A stretch of 64,000 nucleotides of DNA from Isurus oxyrinchus (lineage: Eukaryota), in NCBI GenBank assembly GCA_026770705.1, contig JANJGN010000003.1:47802001-47866000 (forward strand), read 5' to 3'. Numbering within the stretch: the first letter of the stretch is position 1; the number at the start of each line of letters is the position of its first letter. Positions 12,161 to 25,409 of this stretch are shown piece by piece. A program made the position numbers and the translations under genes. The notes beneath the pieces were generated by a model, which worked only from the letters and a program-made list of their open reading frames with translations, ran no database searches and was not told the DNA's origin.

Positions 12161-13756
12161 AAACTGAAAGGCCTGAAGGTGGATAAATCACTGGACCAGA
12201 TGGATTACACCCCAGAGTTCTGAGGGAGATAGCTGAAGAGATAGTGGCGGCGTTAGTGGTGATCTTCCAGGAATCACTGGAGTCAGGAAGGTCTCAGAGG
12301 ACTGGTAAAACGCTAATGTAACCCTCCTGTTTAAGAAGGGAGTGAGGCAAAAGACGGGAAATTACAGGCCAATTAGCCTGACCTCGGTCGTTGGTAAGAT
12401 TTTAGAGTCCATTATTAAGGATGAGATTTCAGAATACTTGAAAGTGCATGGTAAAATAGGGCAAAGTCAGCATGGTTTCATCAAGGGGAGGTCATACCTG
12501 ACAAATCTGTTAGAATTCTTTGAGGAGGTAACAAGTAGGTTAGACAAAGGAGAGACAATGGATGTTATCTACTTGGACTTCCAGAAGGCCATTGACAAGG
12601 TGCCGCACAGGAGGTTGCTCAGTAAGATAAGAGCCCATGGCGTTAGAGGCAAGGTGCTAGCATGGATAGAAGATTGGCTGTCTGGCAGGAGGCAGAGAGT
12701 GAGGATAAGGGGGTCCTTCTCAGGATGGCAGCTGGTGACTAGTGGAGTTCCGCAGGGGTCAGTGTTGGGACCACAACTTTTCACTTTATACATTAATGAT
12801 CTAGATGAAGGAACTGAGGGCATTCTGGCTAAGTTTGCAGATGATACAAAGATAGGTGGAGGGACAGGTAGTATTGAGGAGGCGGGGAGGCTGCAGAAGG
12901 AATTAGACAGGTTAGGAGAATGGGCAAAGAAGGGGCGGGTGGAATACAACGTGGGCAAGTGTGAGGTCATGCACTTTGGTAGGAAGAATAGAGGCATAGA
13001 CTATTTTATAAATGGGGAGAGAATTCAGAAATCTGGAGTGCAAAGGGACTTGGGAGTCCTAGTCCAGGATTCTCTTAAGATTAACTTGCAGGTTGAGTTG
13101 GTAGTTAGGAAGGCAAATGCAATGTTGGCATTAATTTCGAGAGGACTAGAATATAAAAGCAGGGATGTGCTGCTGAGGCTTTATAAGGCTCTGGTCAGAC
13201 CACATTTAGAATATTGTGAGCAATTTTGGGCCCTGTATCTCAGGAAGGATGTGCTGGCCCTGGACAGGGTCCAGAGGAGGTTCATGAGAATGATCCCAGG
13301 AATGAAAGGCTTAACATATGAGGAATGTTTGAGGACTCTGGATCTATACTTGATGGAGTTTAGAAGGATGAGGGGGGATCTGATTGAAACTTACAGAATA
13401 CTAAAAGGCCTGGATGGAGTGGATGTGGGGAAGATGTTTCCATTAGTAGGAGAGACTAGGACCCAAGGGCATAGCTTCAGAGTAAAGGGAATACCTTTTA
13501 GAACAGAGATGAGGAGAAATTTCTTTAGCCAGAGAGTGGTGAATCTACGGAATTCAATGCCACATAAGGCTGTGGAGGCCAGGTCATTGACTGTATTTAA
13601 GACCGAGATAGATAGGTTCTTGATTGGTAAGGGGATCAAAGGTTATGGAGAGAAGGCGGGAGAATGGGGTTGAGAAACTTATCAGCCATGATTGAATGGC
13701 AGAGCAGAATCGATGGGCCGAATGGCCTAATTTCTGCTCCTATGTCTTATGGTCTT
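12161..13756 (+). mobile_element. Young 5'-truncated CR1 LINE
   Basis: ATGGA duplicated at 12156-12160 and 13757-13761; (TCTTATG)n tail. Confidence 0.92.
12342..13673 (+). pseudogene. CR1 ORF2 reverse transcriptase domain + C-terminus (open 443 codons, no endonuclease)
   Basis: NYRPISLTS, QHGF, YLDFQKAIDKV, SGVPQGSVLGP, KFADD motifs; copy is 5'-truncated so not autonomous. Confidence 0.93.
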
Positions 13757-14299
13757 ATGGATGTCGGCCGCATCCCAAAGACATGCTCTATGGAAAACTT
13801 GCTATCCACATGAGACCAACTGGGGTTTCCCATGTAAGCAGTGCAAGGATGTCTGCAAGCGAGATGTCAAGTTGACCAGGATCAGAGTCGATCCATAGGA
13901 AGTCCTCGCTGCTGACTGCAGTGCCTGGAGATAAACAGTCAGGAAAGGTGTGGAAAAAGCAGAGGACAAAAGAAATGACCAGATGGCGGAAAGGAGAGCC
14001 CGCCGGAAGAATAAAATATCAGTCGACCTCCAGTCAATGTTACTCATCTGTGCCAAGTGCAGACGGGATCGCCACTCTTGAATTGGCCTCTACAGCCATA
14101 ACAGATGATGTTCAATGCAGATGTGACATACACCCTGGGCGCAGTCTATCATCTCCTGAGACAGATGGATGCCAATAACCTATAACTTGATGAAGTTTGA
14201 TTAAAACAGCTGAAAATAGATTTATCACAAAAACTTAAACATTTTTAACCACAATGTCAATCCATCACCTATCAGTAACCTGATTCTAATTTTTTTAAA

Positions 14300-15470
14300 A
14301 ATTAATTTATGGGATATGGCATTGCTGGCTCGGCCAGCATTTATTGCCCATCCCTAATTGCCTTTTGGAAGGTGGTGGTGAGTTGCCTTCTTGAACTGCT
14401 GCAGTCCATGTGGTGTGGGTACACCCACAGTGCTGTTAGAGAGGGAGTTCCAGGTTTTTGACCCAGCGACAGTGAAGGAACAGCGATATATTTCCAAGTG
14501 AGGATGGTGAGTGACTTGGAGGGAAATTTCCAGGTGGTGGTGTTTCCATGTATCTGCTGCCCTTGTGCTTCTAGCTAGTAGTGGTTGTGGGTTTGGAAGT
14601 ACTACCAAAGGAACCTTGGTGAGTTTCTGCAGTGCATGTTGTAAAGGGTACACAATGCTGCCACTGTGCATTGATGGTGGCAGAAGTGAATGTTTGTGGA
14701 TGTGGTGCCAATCAAGTGGGCTGCTTTGTCCTGGATGGTATCAAGCTTCTTGAGAGTTGTTGGAACTGCACTCTTCCAGGCAAGAGGAGAGTATTACATC
14801 ACACACCTGACTTGTGCCTTGTAGATGGTGGACAGGTTTTGGGGAGTTGGGAGGTGAGTTACTCGTCACAGGGTTCCTAGTCTCTGACCTACTCTTGTAG
14901 CCATAGTATTTATATGGCGAGTCCAGTTCAGTTTCCAGTCAATGGTACCCCCAGGATGTTGAAAGCAGGGGACTCAGTGCTGGTAATACCATTGAATATC
15001 AAGGGATGATAGATTCTCTATTGTTGGAGATGGTCTTTGCCTGGTACTTGTGTGGCACAAATGTTACTTGCCACTTGTCAGCCGAAGCCTGGATATTGTC
15101 CAGGTCTTGATGAATTTGGACATGGACCGTTTCAATCTCTGAAGAGTTGCGAATGATGCTGAACATTGTGCAATCATCAGCGAATATCCCCACTTCTGAC
15201 CTTATGATGGACGGAAGGTCATTGATGAATCAGCAGAAGATGATTGGGCCAAGGACACTACCCTGAGGAACTCCTGCGATGATGTCCTCGAACTGAGATG
15301 ATTGCTCTTCAACGACCGCAAGCATCTTCCTTTGTGCTAGATATGACTCCAGCCAGCGGAGAGTTTTCCCCCGATTTCCATTGACTCCAGTTTTGCTAGG
15401 GCTCCTTGATGCCACACCTGGTCAAATGCTGCCTTGATGTCAACGGCAGTCACTCTCACCGCACCTTGGA
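14300..15470 (-). mobile_element. HER1-like LINE, 5'-truncated
   Basis: GVPQGSVLGPIIF, GIFADDCTMF motifs; same 3' tail as 10180-11310. Confidence 0.88.
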
Positions 15471-15574
15471 AATTTACTTTTAAAAGGTCAGAAACTATTT
15501 TCTAGTTATATTAGAGTACATTTATTAGTTTCTTAAATTAATACCAAATTAATTCCAATTAATACAAAAACTAT

Positions 15575-15812
15575 AAGAACATAAGAAACAGGTTCAGGTA
15601 TCAGCCATTCGGCTTCTCGAGCCTGCTCTGCCACTCAGTGATGCCATGGTGTATCCCGTACCTTAATTATACCTTCCTGCACTATCACTACGTCTCTTGA
15701 ATTCTTAAGTATCCAAAAATCTGTCAGTCTTTGGCTTGACTGAGCATCCATAGCTCTCTGGGGAGGAGAATTCCAAAGGTTCACAAGAAATTCTCCCTCT
15801 TCTCAGTCCTTC
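15575..15812 (-). mobile_element. CR1 3' end fragment
   Basis: ATAAGAACATAAGAA tail repeat; CR1 3' region on the minus strand. Confidence 0.7.
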
Positions 15813-16062
15813 ACGTTAAAATCACTTTTAAAAGCTTTTAAAATGTATCTTTGTGCCCAAAATAACCTGTTTAATTCTTAAAGCCTCCCCGAAGGCCTGA
15901 AAACATGCACAATTAGCTGAAAATCACAATGGTGATTAATTCTTCCTGTGGATGATGATAGTTTTGTGGGCCTGATCAGCTTCCAGCAGTGTGTTTTCAA
16001 ACCAAAGCACAACATCGCAGAAGCGCCATCTGCACTGAATGTAAATAGCACTTAAATTCTAA

Positions 16063-16193
16063 GGGCATAATTTTATGTACCGTGGTTGGGCGCGTGCCTG
16101 ACCCGATCGGGCGTAAATTAGCACGTGATGACGTCGGGCAAGCATCCCAACATCATTGCGCGATATTTCGTCGGCGGGCATGCGCGAGAGTCA
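16063..16193 (+). mobile_element. Harbinger terminal fragment
   Basis: Starts GGGCATAATTTT; subterminal GATGACGTCGGG..GCGATATTTCG motifs shared with 5126 and 48034. Confidence 0.7.
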
Positions 16194-16195
16194 AA

Positions 16196-16312
16196 GATGA
16201 TTTCCCTTTCACAAAACCATGTTGATTCTGTTTGATTGCATTAAGCTTTTCTAAATGTCCTGCTATTTCTTCCTTAATAATGGACTCTAGCATTTCCCCA
16301 ACTACTGAAGTA
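16196..16312 (-). mobile_element. CR1 RT internal fragment
   Basis: TSVVGEMLESIIKEEIAGHLEKLNAIKQNQHGFVKGKS. Confidence 0.85.
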
Positions 16313-16472
16313 AAGCTCCTCAAATTCCTGGGTAATTCAAAAAAAGCGCAAGGCTTGAACATATTGATTTTGTTTGCAGAGAACGGGTCCCTGCGTATGA
16401 ATTTATGTCACTTCTAGCAAGCATAAATGAGCTGCATTACTAGGTCAACTGATTATCTTAAATTGATTCATA

Positions 16473-16597
16473 GGTCAAGATTTTATGACCCCTCCTGCAC
16501 GGCGGGATATTACGATTCTGAATTGAATGGAGATTTAAATGGCTCGCTGCTTCCTTCGGAAGGAGACACACTGTGGCAGGGCCATAAAATCCTGGCC
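16473..16597. mobile_element. 125-bp Harbinger-type MITE
   Basis: Imperfect 19-bp TIRs GGTCAAGATTTTATGACCC / GGGCCATAAAATCCTGGCC; TSD ATA on both sides. Confidence 0.8.
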
Positions 16598-17629
16598 ATA
16601 GTGCAGCAATTAGCGCACTCACGATTGTTCAGCAAGTGCTGCCCAATGGTGGAATTACATCTAATGGTAGACATTTTGTTTTGGCTTTTGCCAGCGCTAG
16701 ATGGTTAAAATTTCGAATTTTATTATTGCCATGCCGTTTCTCCAGAGTCATTCAATTTACGAGATTGTTTTCAGAGTTTAATGATTCCTTTTCTGTTCTA
16801 CAGTGCACGACCTCAATGAATAAACTGATGTACATATAACTCAAAAATATTCAACAATTTTCATTCAGTGGAAAGCCAACAATTACAAAATGTAAATTCT
16901 TGCTCTTTAAGGTTTGATATCATCAATCTTATTCAAACCAAAAATAATTATCAGAACCTATTGTTACATAAACATAAAAGCCAATAATTATTTTATTCCT
17001 AAATTACTAATAATTAACACTGTAGCAGTAGATCACATGTAGCATTGAAACTGACAAAAAAACCTCAAAATTTGTAAAGGACTCTGCAGCTCAAAATAAT
17101 TGAAGAAGATATTTAATTTATTGTGTAAAACTTCCACTCACTGGAAATCCTCCTGGGGCTCTGGATGGTGAACATCCTCTCAGTTTATCTCTTTAATCAG
17201 TGCTGAGTACCTGATTTGTTCACTGAGGGGTGTTTAAATTAGAACTCCACCACAGTGAGATTGGTGCTAAGTGTTGCAAGAGCTCTTGGCTAAATTTGAG
17301 GCCTATGAGATATGACTGACATTCAAAATTGACAGGGCAAGAAAAGACCAGTTGGTCCATCAAACATGCCCCACCATGGCTGGAGAGCCAGACATTTTTA
17401 CATCTCCCTCATGTGCCCACCACCATTGTACACGGCTCCCTCCATCCCCTCTCCCATCCCCTCGACTCCCTCAGCCTCTCTTGGGAGAAACAAAATTACA
17501 GAGAAAATAGCTCAGAGCCAATAAGGACAAGTTTTCTGATTATAAGGATCCTGTGTTAACTATAACAACACTCACTAATGTGATATGTACCATTAAGTGA
17601 TATGTAAGTGATACAGCTAATTCAACTAT

Positions 17630-19675
17630 GGCCTGAATTTTCACTCCCAAATTGAATAGGCAGAGTTGGGAAATTTCTCGACTCCGCGATCTTGACTCGG
17701 GAGAAACTGCCCCAACCCGCCAGATGTTTCTTCTGGTGGGATGGACGCTAACTGGAGTTGGGCCTGCCGACCTTGGAAACAGTGTGGAGACTGCCACAGG
17801 GGCTGCTGCATGTGCAGGCAGGCTGGTTAAAAATCCTACCTCAGTGTTCTGGGACTTTGTCCCAGATATGATGACAACAGTACAACAAAAAACAGCTCCC
17901 TAGCGCTCACCCCTCACACGCTCTCAACCCCATACACGCCACATGCTCAATCCATGTCAATTTGTGCCCCTCTAACCAATGTACCATTGGCCCTCATACC
18001 CTCCATGTCAACCTATAACCCTCTACCCACTTCCCATGGTCCCTCATCCCCTATGCCAATCTATGCCCCTCCACCCACTGCCATTGCCCCTCTTACCCAT
18101 TTTACCCACTCTCCATTGTCCCTCATGCTCTCCATACAAATTTATTCCCCTTCTATCCATTTCCTATGGCCCCTTATACCCTCCATGCCAACCCATGACC
18201 CACCACTCATTCTCATGGCCCTTTATAGGCCCTACACCAACTCCCACCCACCACCATTTGCATTTACACCCTCCATGCAAACTCACCCAGTATCCACCAT
18301 GGACAGTCCTCAGGAGCCATGTTGAGATGAAATAAATTAAAACTCTAAGGCCAGGATTTTCCCCTCGGCAATTTGGAAGCGGGCCCGATCGCTGAGGGGA
18401 AAATGACGTTGGGAGGAATTCTCGACGTCATCCTGAGCCATTTAAATTTTTAGGAAAGTGGGCGGACAGCGAAATCAGCTGTCCATCCGCCGACCTGTCA
18501 ACGGCTAATTGAGGCCATTGAGAGGCTAGTTAAAGTACTTAAAGACCTGCCCGGCCAACCTTAAGGCTGGTGGGCAGGCCAGGAGCCCCAGCGGGCTTCT
18601 GATTATTCATGAAACCTCATCCACTGGTGGGATGAAGTTTCATGTCCGTTTTGTACAAAAACAATAAAGTTTATGTGTTCTTTATTAACATGTCCCATCT
18701 CGTGTGACATTGTCACATGAGGGGGAGATGTTAATAATTTTTTAATGTTTCTATTTTTAAAGTTTTTTCCACTATCACTATTCTCCGTGAGACAGGACAT
18801 TGCCTCAGGGAGAAGTGCACTCTTTTGCACACGTGCACAAAAGAGTGCACTTTGACAGCTGGGGAATCCACCCCCCGACCCCCCCACAGGAAGCGCATAG
18901 CACTTCCTGTCGAGGATGCCGCTGTGCGGGCCTTAATTGGCAGACTTCACTATATTCAAAAAAACACCCTCATTAATAGAAGCCCAATCAACACATTTAA
19001 ATCCCTTCAAGTACTTAATCCTTTACAAGAGCAACATTTGTATTCTTAGCCCCACATTAAATACAGCTAATCTCTTTATAATCACTTTGGAGCTATCAAT
19101 CAAACTGTGAATTTCTAGCCCTCCTACTGTGTTAATGATAGATTGTGGAAGCAGTCAAGCAGAAATAATACTATAATGATAGCACTCAGGCTTATGGCAA
19201 CAGCATCTATTGAAAGTGCCTTTTTTCAACTGCATGTTGGATTATTTTTAAATTAAAAGAGCAGGGGATTTAAATGAATTGACAAGTTGACAGTTCCATA
19301 GACCTTATCCACCTGCTGCGCACATTTCTGTCTAATTTTAACAACCCAAAGAGGTCCTCTCTCAAAGGGTACCTGACCCCTCTTCTCAAAATGTATAACT
19401 GACCTCCCCCAATAATTCACATAGGATTAGTGCTTTCAATCAATTTTGTAAAACAGACAAGTCATGTTGCAGGAAGCTGGTCGACCAGAATTGCATCCAT
19501 TTGAAAGCAGCTGCACATTTAAATATGCTGCTGACTTGGGAAACTGCAGCTGTGTGAAATATGTCCTGTCCCTGTCTCCCCAACAAAAAATAGTAGGTGG
19601 GACTTCCAGATTCCAGGCCCTGGCGCTATTTTGGCGTAGGTGTTGAGTGCTCCCAATTTTGCAAAAATTCAGGCC
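17630..19675. mobile_element. Non-autonomous Harbinger-type element with CCATGCC-rich interior
   Basis: TIRs GGCCTGAATTTT ... AAAATTCAGGCC; TSD TAT/TAT; collinear with 48662-50029. Confidence 0.85.
18349..18940. mobile_element. Nested Harbinger MITE, one end lost
   Basis: Begins GGCCAGGATTTT after TAA; CATCTCGTGTGACATTGTCACATGAGGGGG core is the reverse complement of 44940-44975; absent from the 48662 sister copy. Confidence 0.75.
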
Positions 19676-21541
19676 TATTCCTTTTCCTCAAATCCTCAAA
19701 TCTTCAGATGAAAGGGCATCCAAAGCCACAGGCCTGGATGTTACTCTCTGCCTGAGGTGGGTGTCATGACAGGCGGGCACAGAAGATATTGCGAGAAGGC
19801 CAGAAATCAGTTTTATGTCATCGTAAAACCAATTCGCAATTGTGCATTGCGGTCTTCAATAACATTTCAATATATTTGCATCTCATATAAGGACTGGTCA
19901 CCAAAATCAACCCCCACACTGGATCATCAGGGCACATCAGCGTGCAATTAGAACAACGTATCTCACAACAGTATATAAGCAATATGCACCTGGTGACCTG
20001 CACTTTGTTCGTGGATTCAAGGTTCGTTCGCCTACCTTGCATTGCACAGCGCTCACAGAAATCAGCGCCAGGCTTCGCAGGCTACAACAAATCATTTTCA
20101 GGGGGTTGTCACAAGCCAGTGTGTACCCACTAGACCAGCGATAAGGCAGGGGTAACTTTTAATGGGCTGCAGGGCTAGGGCTCCACTGGGGGGAAGGTTC
20201 CACTCAGACACATGGCTGAGGCAGGGGCGGTGTGGGGGTGGTGGGTTAGCATCCTCAGTGCCAGGATGGGGAGAGCGTATAATGCAGAATGACATAAACC
20301 ATTTGGGGCCAGAACAGGAGGAACGCTGAGTGAAGAAGCACTTCAGTTTATATTATTGAGTTTTCAAAGTCAGCCCTTGTCCCAGTCCAGGGAGGGGGAG
20401 GGAAGTCTCAGTCGTGCCCAGCATGTTGTGCATAGGGCATGGTCGTAACACCACATGCCTCAGTCCAGGGTGTTCTGGCATCATACTGGGCTGCAGATGG
20501 CACAGTCAGTCAGAGGAGGCATCTACCGCCTACAGATGGGGAGGAAGTATTATGGGGGCATCTGATGGTGAAGTGGGGGTATATGTGCAAGCGGCCTCAA
20601 GATGGGGAGGGGTGAGGTCTACATGGGGCATAGACACATCCACCTCAAAATGTTCAGGTGCTAACAGATGGATACCCACCACAATCACAATTAGATCAAG
20701 GAGTACAGGTGGATGATTGAGAGGTTTTGGATGGACAATGAGAGGGGTTTTCACACTCACAGAGGGAGGGTCTAAGCTGGTCTGGCCGTGAGACCTCAGC
20801 ACCACCATCTTCCAACCTGCAGCACTGGCGCAGTACAAAATTAAAATGAGGAGAAACTCTGCTGGTGAGGGCTCTGAGGGCAGATTGGAGGGTGAGTCCG
20901 ATTAAAGGAGTGCCCAACTGAACTATGTATTCCCAAATGAGGAGAGATGCACAGCTGAGACATGTTAGGAGCCTTTTAATGACATTGCAGGGAATCAGGA
21001 AAGTGAAACTATGAAGCGCATTCATATGAGACTGATCCAGAAAAGTGGCACCAATCGATCTCCTTGTATGAATCCCTTGTTTCCAGCGTGGATGTTCCCC
21101 AGAATGAACTCCAGTGCAATCAGGCGACTGGACAAGCCTCAGATGGGTGTTAGAATCGTGGTGCTGGCAGATTTACAAACGAGGAGACTCAGGCCCCCAC
21201 TCAAATAATCTCATTTCTTTACTAAGCATTTTCCCTTATTCCAGAGTATTAGAGTGCAGCGAATGAGGATCCCAGTGCCTGGGCCAAAAGCCGCACGTCT
21301 AAGTGCCTGGCCAAAGCAATCTCATAGCAGTCAGTTCTGTCAAGGAGGGTGGGGTGGAAGGAGGGTCTTGAAATGCACACCGCACTGGCCAGGACTTCAG
21401 GGTTGAATAGTTGCTGACACTGGAACAAAGCCCTCGAACTCACATTCACTGACAAGTCATTGACAGAAAGACGACCTTTGGAGGTGAATGCTGACTCATG
21501 TCTTTTTCTCATTGATGCTACAGAGAGAAGATCATCAGCAA

Positions 21542-22765
21542 GATGGAGCCTGGATCTATTGCTGCCTACATAATCACGTACAGGCAGGACAGAAGGAGGA
21601 GAAGATTGTGATGGAGGTGCCTTGTCAAAGGGAGGAGCAAAACCCTCAAGCTCAAGGGGCAGCAGGGGCTCCTCTGGACACAGAGGATGAGGCTCATAGA
21701 ATTGTTATGCATTGACGGCTCATAAGACCGAGGGTGAACAGAACATGCATGTCTTACCTATTGATGAGTGAGAGACAATGTCACCGATGTCTCCGCATGT
21801 CCAGAGATCTGATGACTCACATTTTCCACAGTCTCTAGGAACTGGCACCACTGGGACTGGAGGGCATCCATTCCAGTCTGAAAGTAACAGCCGTACTGAA
21901 CTTCTATGCTTATAGCTGCTTCCAGGGCTCCACTGGGCACCCCTGTAGGATCTCTCAATGTCCAGGTACAAATGCATACTTAAGGTCACAGATGCCTTTT
22001 TTGCCAAGACCCACAATTACGTCAACTTCGACAGAAATCAAGTAAGCCAGGAAGAGCACTGGCTTTGCTGAGATTTCCAGATTCCCACAGGCGCAGGTTG
22101 CCATCGATTGCACTCATGTGGCTATAAAAGCTCTCTGGCAAAAGGCAATCTAATACATAAACAGGGAAGGCTTCCACTTGCTCAATGCACAGCTGGTCAG
22201 CGGCCATAAGAAATTGACCATGTATGTTTGTGCCAGATACCCAGGAAGTGTCCACAGCACATATACCTAGAGTAGATCGCAGATCCCGGACATCTTCGAG
22301 GAACCATAGTAATTCAGGGCTAGCTCCTTGGTGACAAAGGGTACCCGCAAAGGACTTGACTGATGACGTCCATGCGGTGGCCACAGAATCCTGCAGAAAG
22401 AAGGTACGATGAAGCTCATGCCACTACTCAAACATTGGTGGTGTAGACCATAGGCATCTTAAAGATGTGATTCCGATGCCTGGACAGCTCTGGCGAGTAT
22501 TCAGTCCAGGTCTCAGAGGGTCTCATAGATTATGGTGGTTTGCTGTGCGCTGCACAATCTGGTGCTGCAAAGGGGGAGGGCTTGCCAGATGCTGATATGG
22601 AAGAGCTGCACATCTCCTTTGATGAAGACATTGAAGGCAATGAGGGCGTTGAGTTTGAGGAAGCTGAGGCTGCAGGGAAAGCAGCCATATATTGGGCCAC
22701 ATGAGGCAGGGGTACACATGAGGCCTTCTTTGCCACCAGATTCCATGAGGAGGATGATGAGTTGC
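21542..22765 (+). pseudogene. Harbinger (HARBI1-like) DDE transposase pseudogene, family B
   Basis: Across frameshifts: MSERQCHRCLRMSRD, AIDCTHVAIKA, NREGFHLLNAQLV, ARYPGSVH, LLGDKGYP, CCALHNL, acidic tail. Confidence 0.9.
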
Positions 22766-24649
22766 AAGGAGAACCCTCTTGGATAGGTGCCCTCCATCAT
22801 GAGCCAACATGAACACCTGCATTGCTATTCCTTTCATTTCAACTATGCACTTCAATATGAGAGTGAATAGTTACACATCAGGTTCCCTGATCCTTTGAAA
22901 GACGATGAAGTCTCGGGAGCATGTATCCTTGCTGAGATGAGATGCTAACTGAAGGAAGGAGTCTCAGCATCAAGAGTCAGAAAGCGCTGCCTCTTCAAGT
23001 ATCTCTCCAGCATCCTGATCGCAGCGGGACCCTACAAGTGCCAGGAGCTGTTCCAAAATCAATGGACTCATAGATCTGTGCCTTCAATCTGACAAAGCTC
23101 CTCAAGGAGATCCACCTCCAGCAACAGGAAACGCGTTCATAACCTCGATGGTGTAACTGATAGGTGACGCTTGTACCAAGGCGGCCGAGGATGTTCCGCA
23201 GGTCTGCATCTATTCTGAGATAACTCAGTCCTCTGAGTTCACTTTCTCCTCAATTACATTAACATATGGCACTCTCAGTTAGGGATGCTGGTCTGCTTTT
23301 ATCCTCACCTCACTATGCATGTGGAGCACCTGAGGATAGCCATGTTCAACCACTTGCATGCCTCACATTAAAATGTTTCTTCTTTAAGACACACATTGTG
23401 CCCTCATGGCCAGCTCTGGCCCTTGCGACTTCCAAAATGCTCAGACACCATGAGGCCCTCAAGATGACGACTCGTTGCTAATAAAGAGCAGCTTTCAGCT
23501 TCAGTACATTGTCACTCCTATCCCATTGCTCCTCTCAACATTGTCTAAAGCTACAATGTGTGCTTCCAGAGCATGCTCAAAGGCTCTATTGACCACCAAA
23601 AATCACCATTTGCAATTAGCATCACATATCTTGGTGAGTGCTTATGTGATGTGACTAAGTGCTGCATCCCAACTTTGTGACGAGAGCCTTGTACAGACAG
23701 CTACAGGGTGAGAAATGCTCAAGGTTGTAGGTTAAGGAACAGGACAATAATGTGGCTGAGATGGGCAGAGCTTCAGCACCTTGAGGTGCCAAGGTGCTCC
23801 CACTTATTGGTGAGATTAGCAGATGCACACTCGGAAAGTCAGAAATGTGGTTGACAGACAGAAGTGTACACGAGCTCTGAGTATGGGCTCATATTATGAA
23901 AACCCTGCTGGAGGACAGAAAACACATGGAGTTGCATGATATACCGCCCTTCTTCATGCATTAAGACATCTCTCCTTATACTCTACACCTTCACCTGTGA
24001 AGGATGCAGATGAGATTGGAGAACACCTCTGCCTCAGTCTTACACAGCCAAGGATAAACATGACATGGCCCTGCAAAGCATGTGAACAAGGTTCCTTCCA
24101 TAAACATACTTTAAGGTCGTGGCATCACTGACGTTGAGAATGACCTGAAAAAGGGGCACACACTGTGGCGGCACTACATAGATGAGCGGGCCACGATAGA
24201 GACATCTGCAACAACTGGGTTGAGAGACCATGGTGTCACACCTGATTGACAGCAACACAGCTCATCATAAAAAGGAGGAATACACAAGAGGAGTAATGAA
24301 GTGGGTGCGATTCTATTTAAATTTGTGAACATTATTTTTATGTTTTAAGTTATCAAGTTTGCTTTGTCCAGCTAACTTATGTTAACACATTAGTTGGTGC
24401 TTGAAACAATATGGACAGAGATCGATTAACTGAACAAACACTGGTAGCTTATTGGAACGAAGAATAGATCACTAACACCATGTGTTCTTCCTCAATCACC
24501 TCCAGCTCAAGACTTCCTGTTGCCCAAGTAACCTGCACTGTATAGTGATTGATCGATACAGTCACGTGGTCAGTTAACTACATGCTCTTAAAGGTACATA
24601 GCACTCCAGTTTACGATAATTATATACACACTGTGAACACCCGTGCCAC

Positions 24650-25405
24650 TGTCGTGCTCCTAAATTTTTTAACTTTCGTAACACTACTACTATGTCTGGG
24701 TGCTTCCCCGACATCCACAGCGGAGGTGGAGCAGCCTGCCAACTGTTGTCTGCAATGACTTTGATGGGTGTCCTCTGGAGTTCAGAGACCTGGAGGGCCC
24801 CATCCTGCTGTGGGGCAGGTGCACCTCCTCAGCCTGTGCAGCTGGAGGCGATAAGGTCATAGGAAGGAGGGGTTGGAATCAGCCAGAGAGTCCCAGAGTC
24901 ACCTGGGTGGATGGCCCATGGTCTCCAGCTGCTGGTCCTCCTCCCTTTGGAGAACTTGACTGACTGCTGGCGACTGTGGATGTCCCTGCCTCTGCCTGCT
25001 CTGGACAAGATTGTGTGCTGTTCTCACCAGATTGTGACCCCGAGGCTGCTCTAGAACTAGGTCCCACCGAGGTGAGTCTCTGCGCTGCTGGAGGGTGTGG
25101 GTGAGCATTATGATGGATCTTCAACAGCGCTCAGATTCCTCATCTGAGCTGTCATCGGGGCTGCACTGAGGGCCTGGCTGGTTCAGGGCCTCAAGTGCTT
25201 GGCAGAGATCTATGAAAGAAAGTAGAGAAAATTAGTGCATGGCAGGCAACTCTAAAACAGGACAATGCACTCATAGCATCATTGTCTGAGGGATGAGCTG
25301 GTGGAAGATCCTCATGTTGGTGTGCACCGCCGATCTCACCATCACCACAGGCACGGTTGACATCCTCTCTGGCCAGCTCAATAGCTCTGTTCTCGAAGGC
25401 AAACC
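24650..25405 (-). pseudogene. Remnant exons of the Harbinger family B second (Myb/SANT-like) ORF
   Basis: FAFENRAIELAREDVNRACGDGEIGG segment followed by intron-like sequence and S/P/Q-rich coding, convergent on the transposase. Confidence 0.55.
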
Positions 25406-25409
25406 TTGA

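Larger units (their letters stand above)
11935..14180 (+). mobile_element. RTE-clade LINE 3' portion split by a CR1 insertion
   Basis: VLSTFLYSGKAWT..RCLKQILDIS..LSQRQLCWLGHVSQM resumes after the insert as MDVGRIP(K)DMLYGKL; C-terminal CAKCRRDRHS zinc-knuckle remnant at ~14050. Confidence 0.85.

Noticed and set aside
12569-13639. Minus-strand ORFs over CR1, and similar antisense ORFs over HER1, PLE and Harbinger copies
   Set aside because: Antisense shadows of coding repeats.
17954-18335. Pro/His-rich ORFs here and at 2877-3149, 49005-49190; Gly-rich ORFs at 61243-61927
   Set aside because: Translations of low-complexity MITE interiors.
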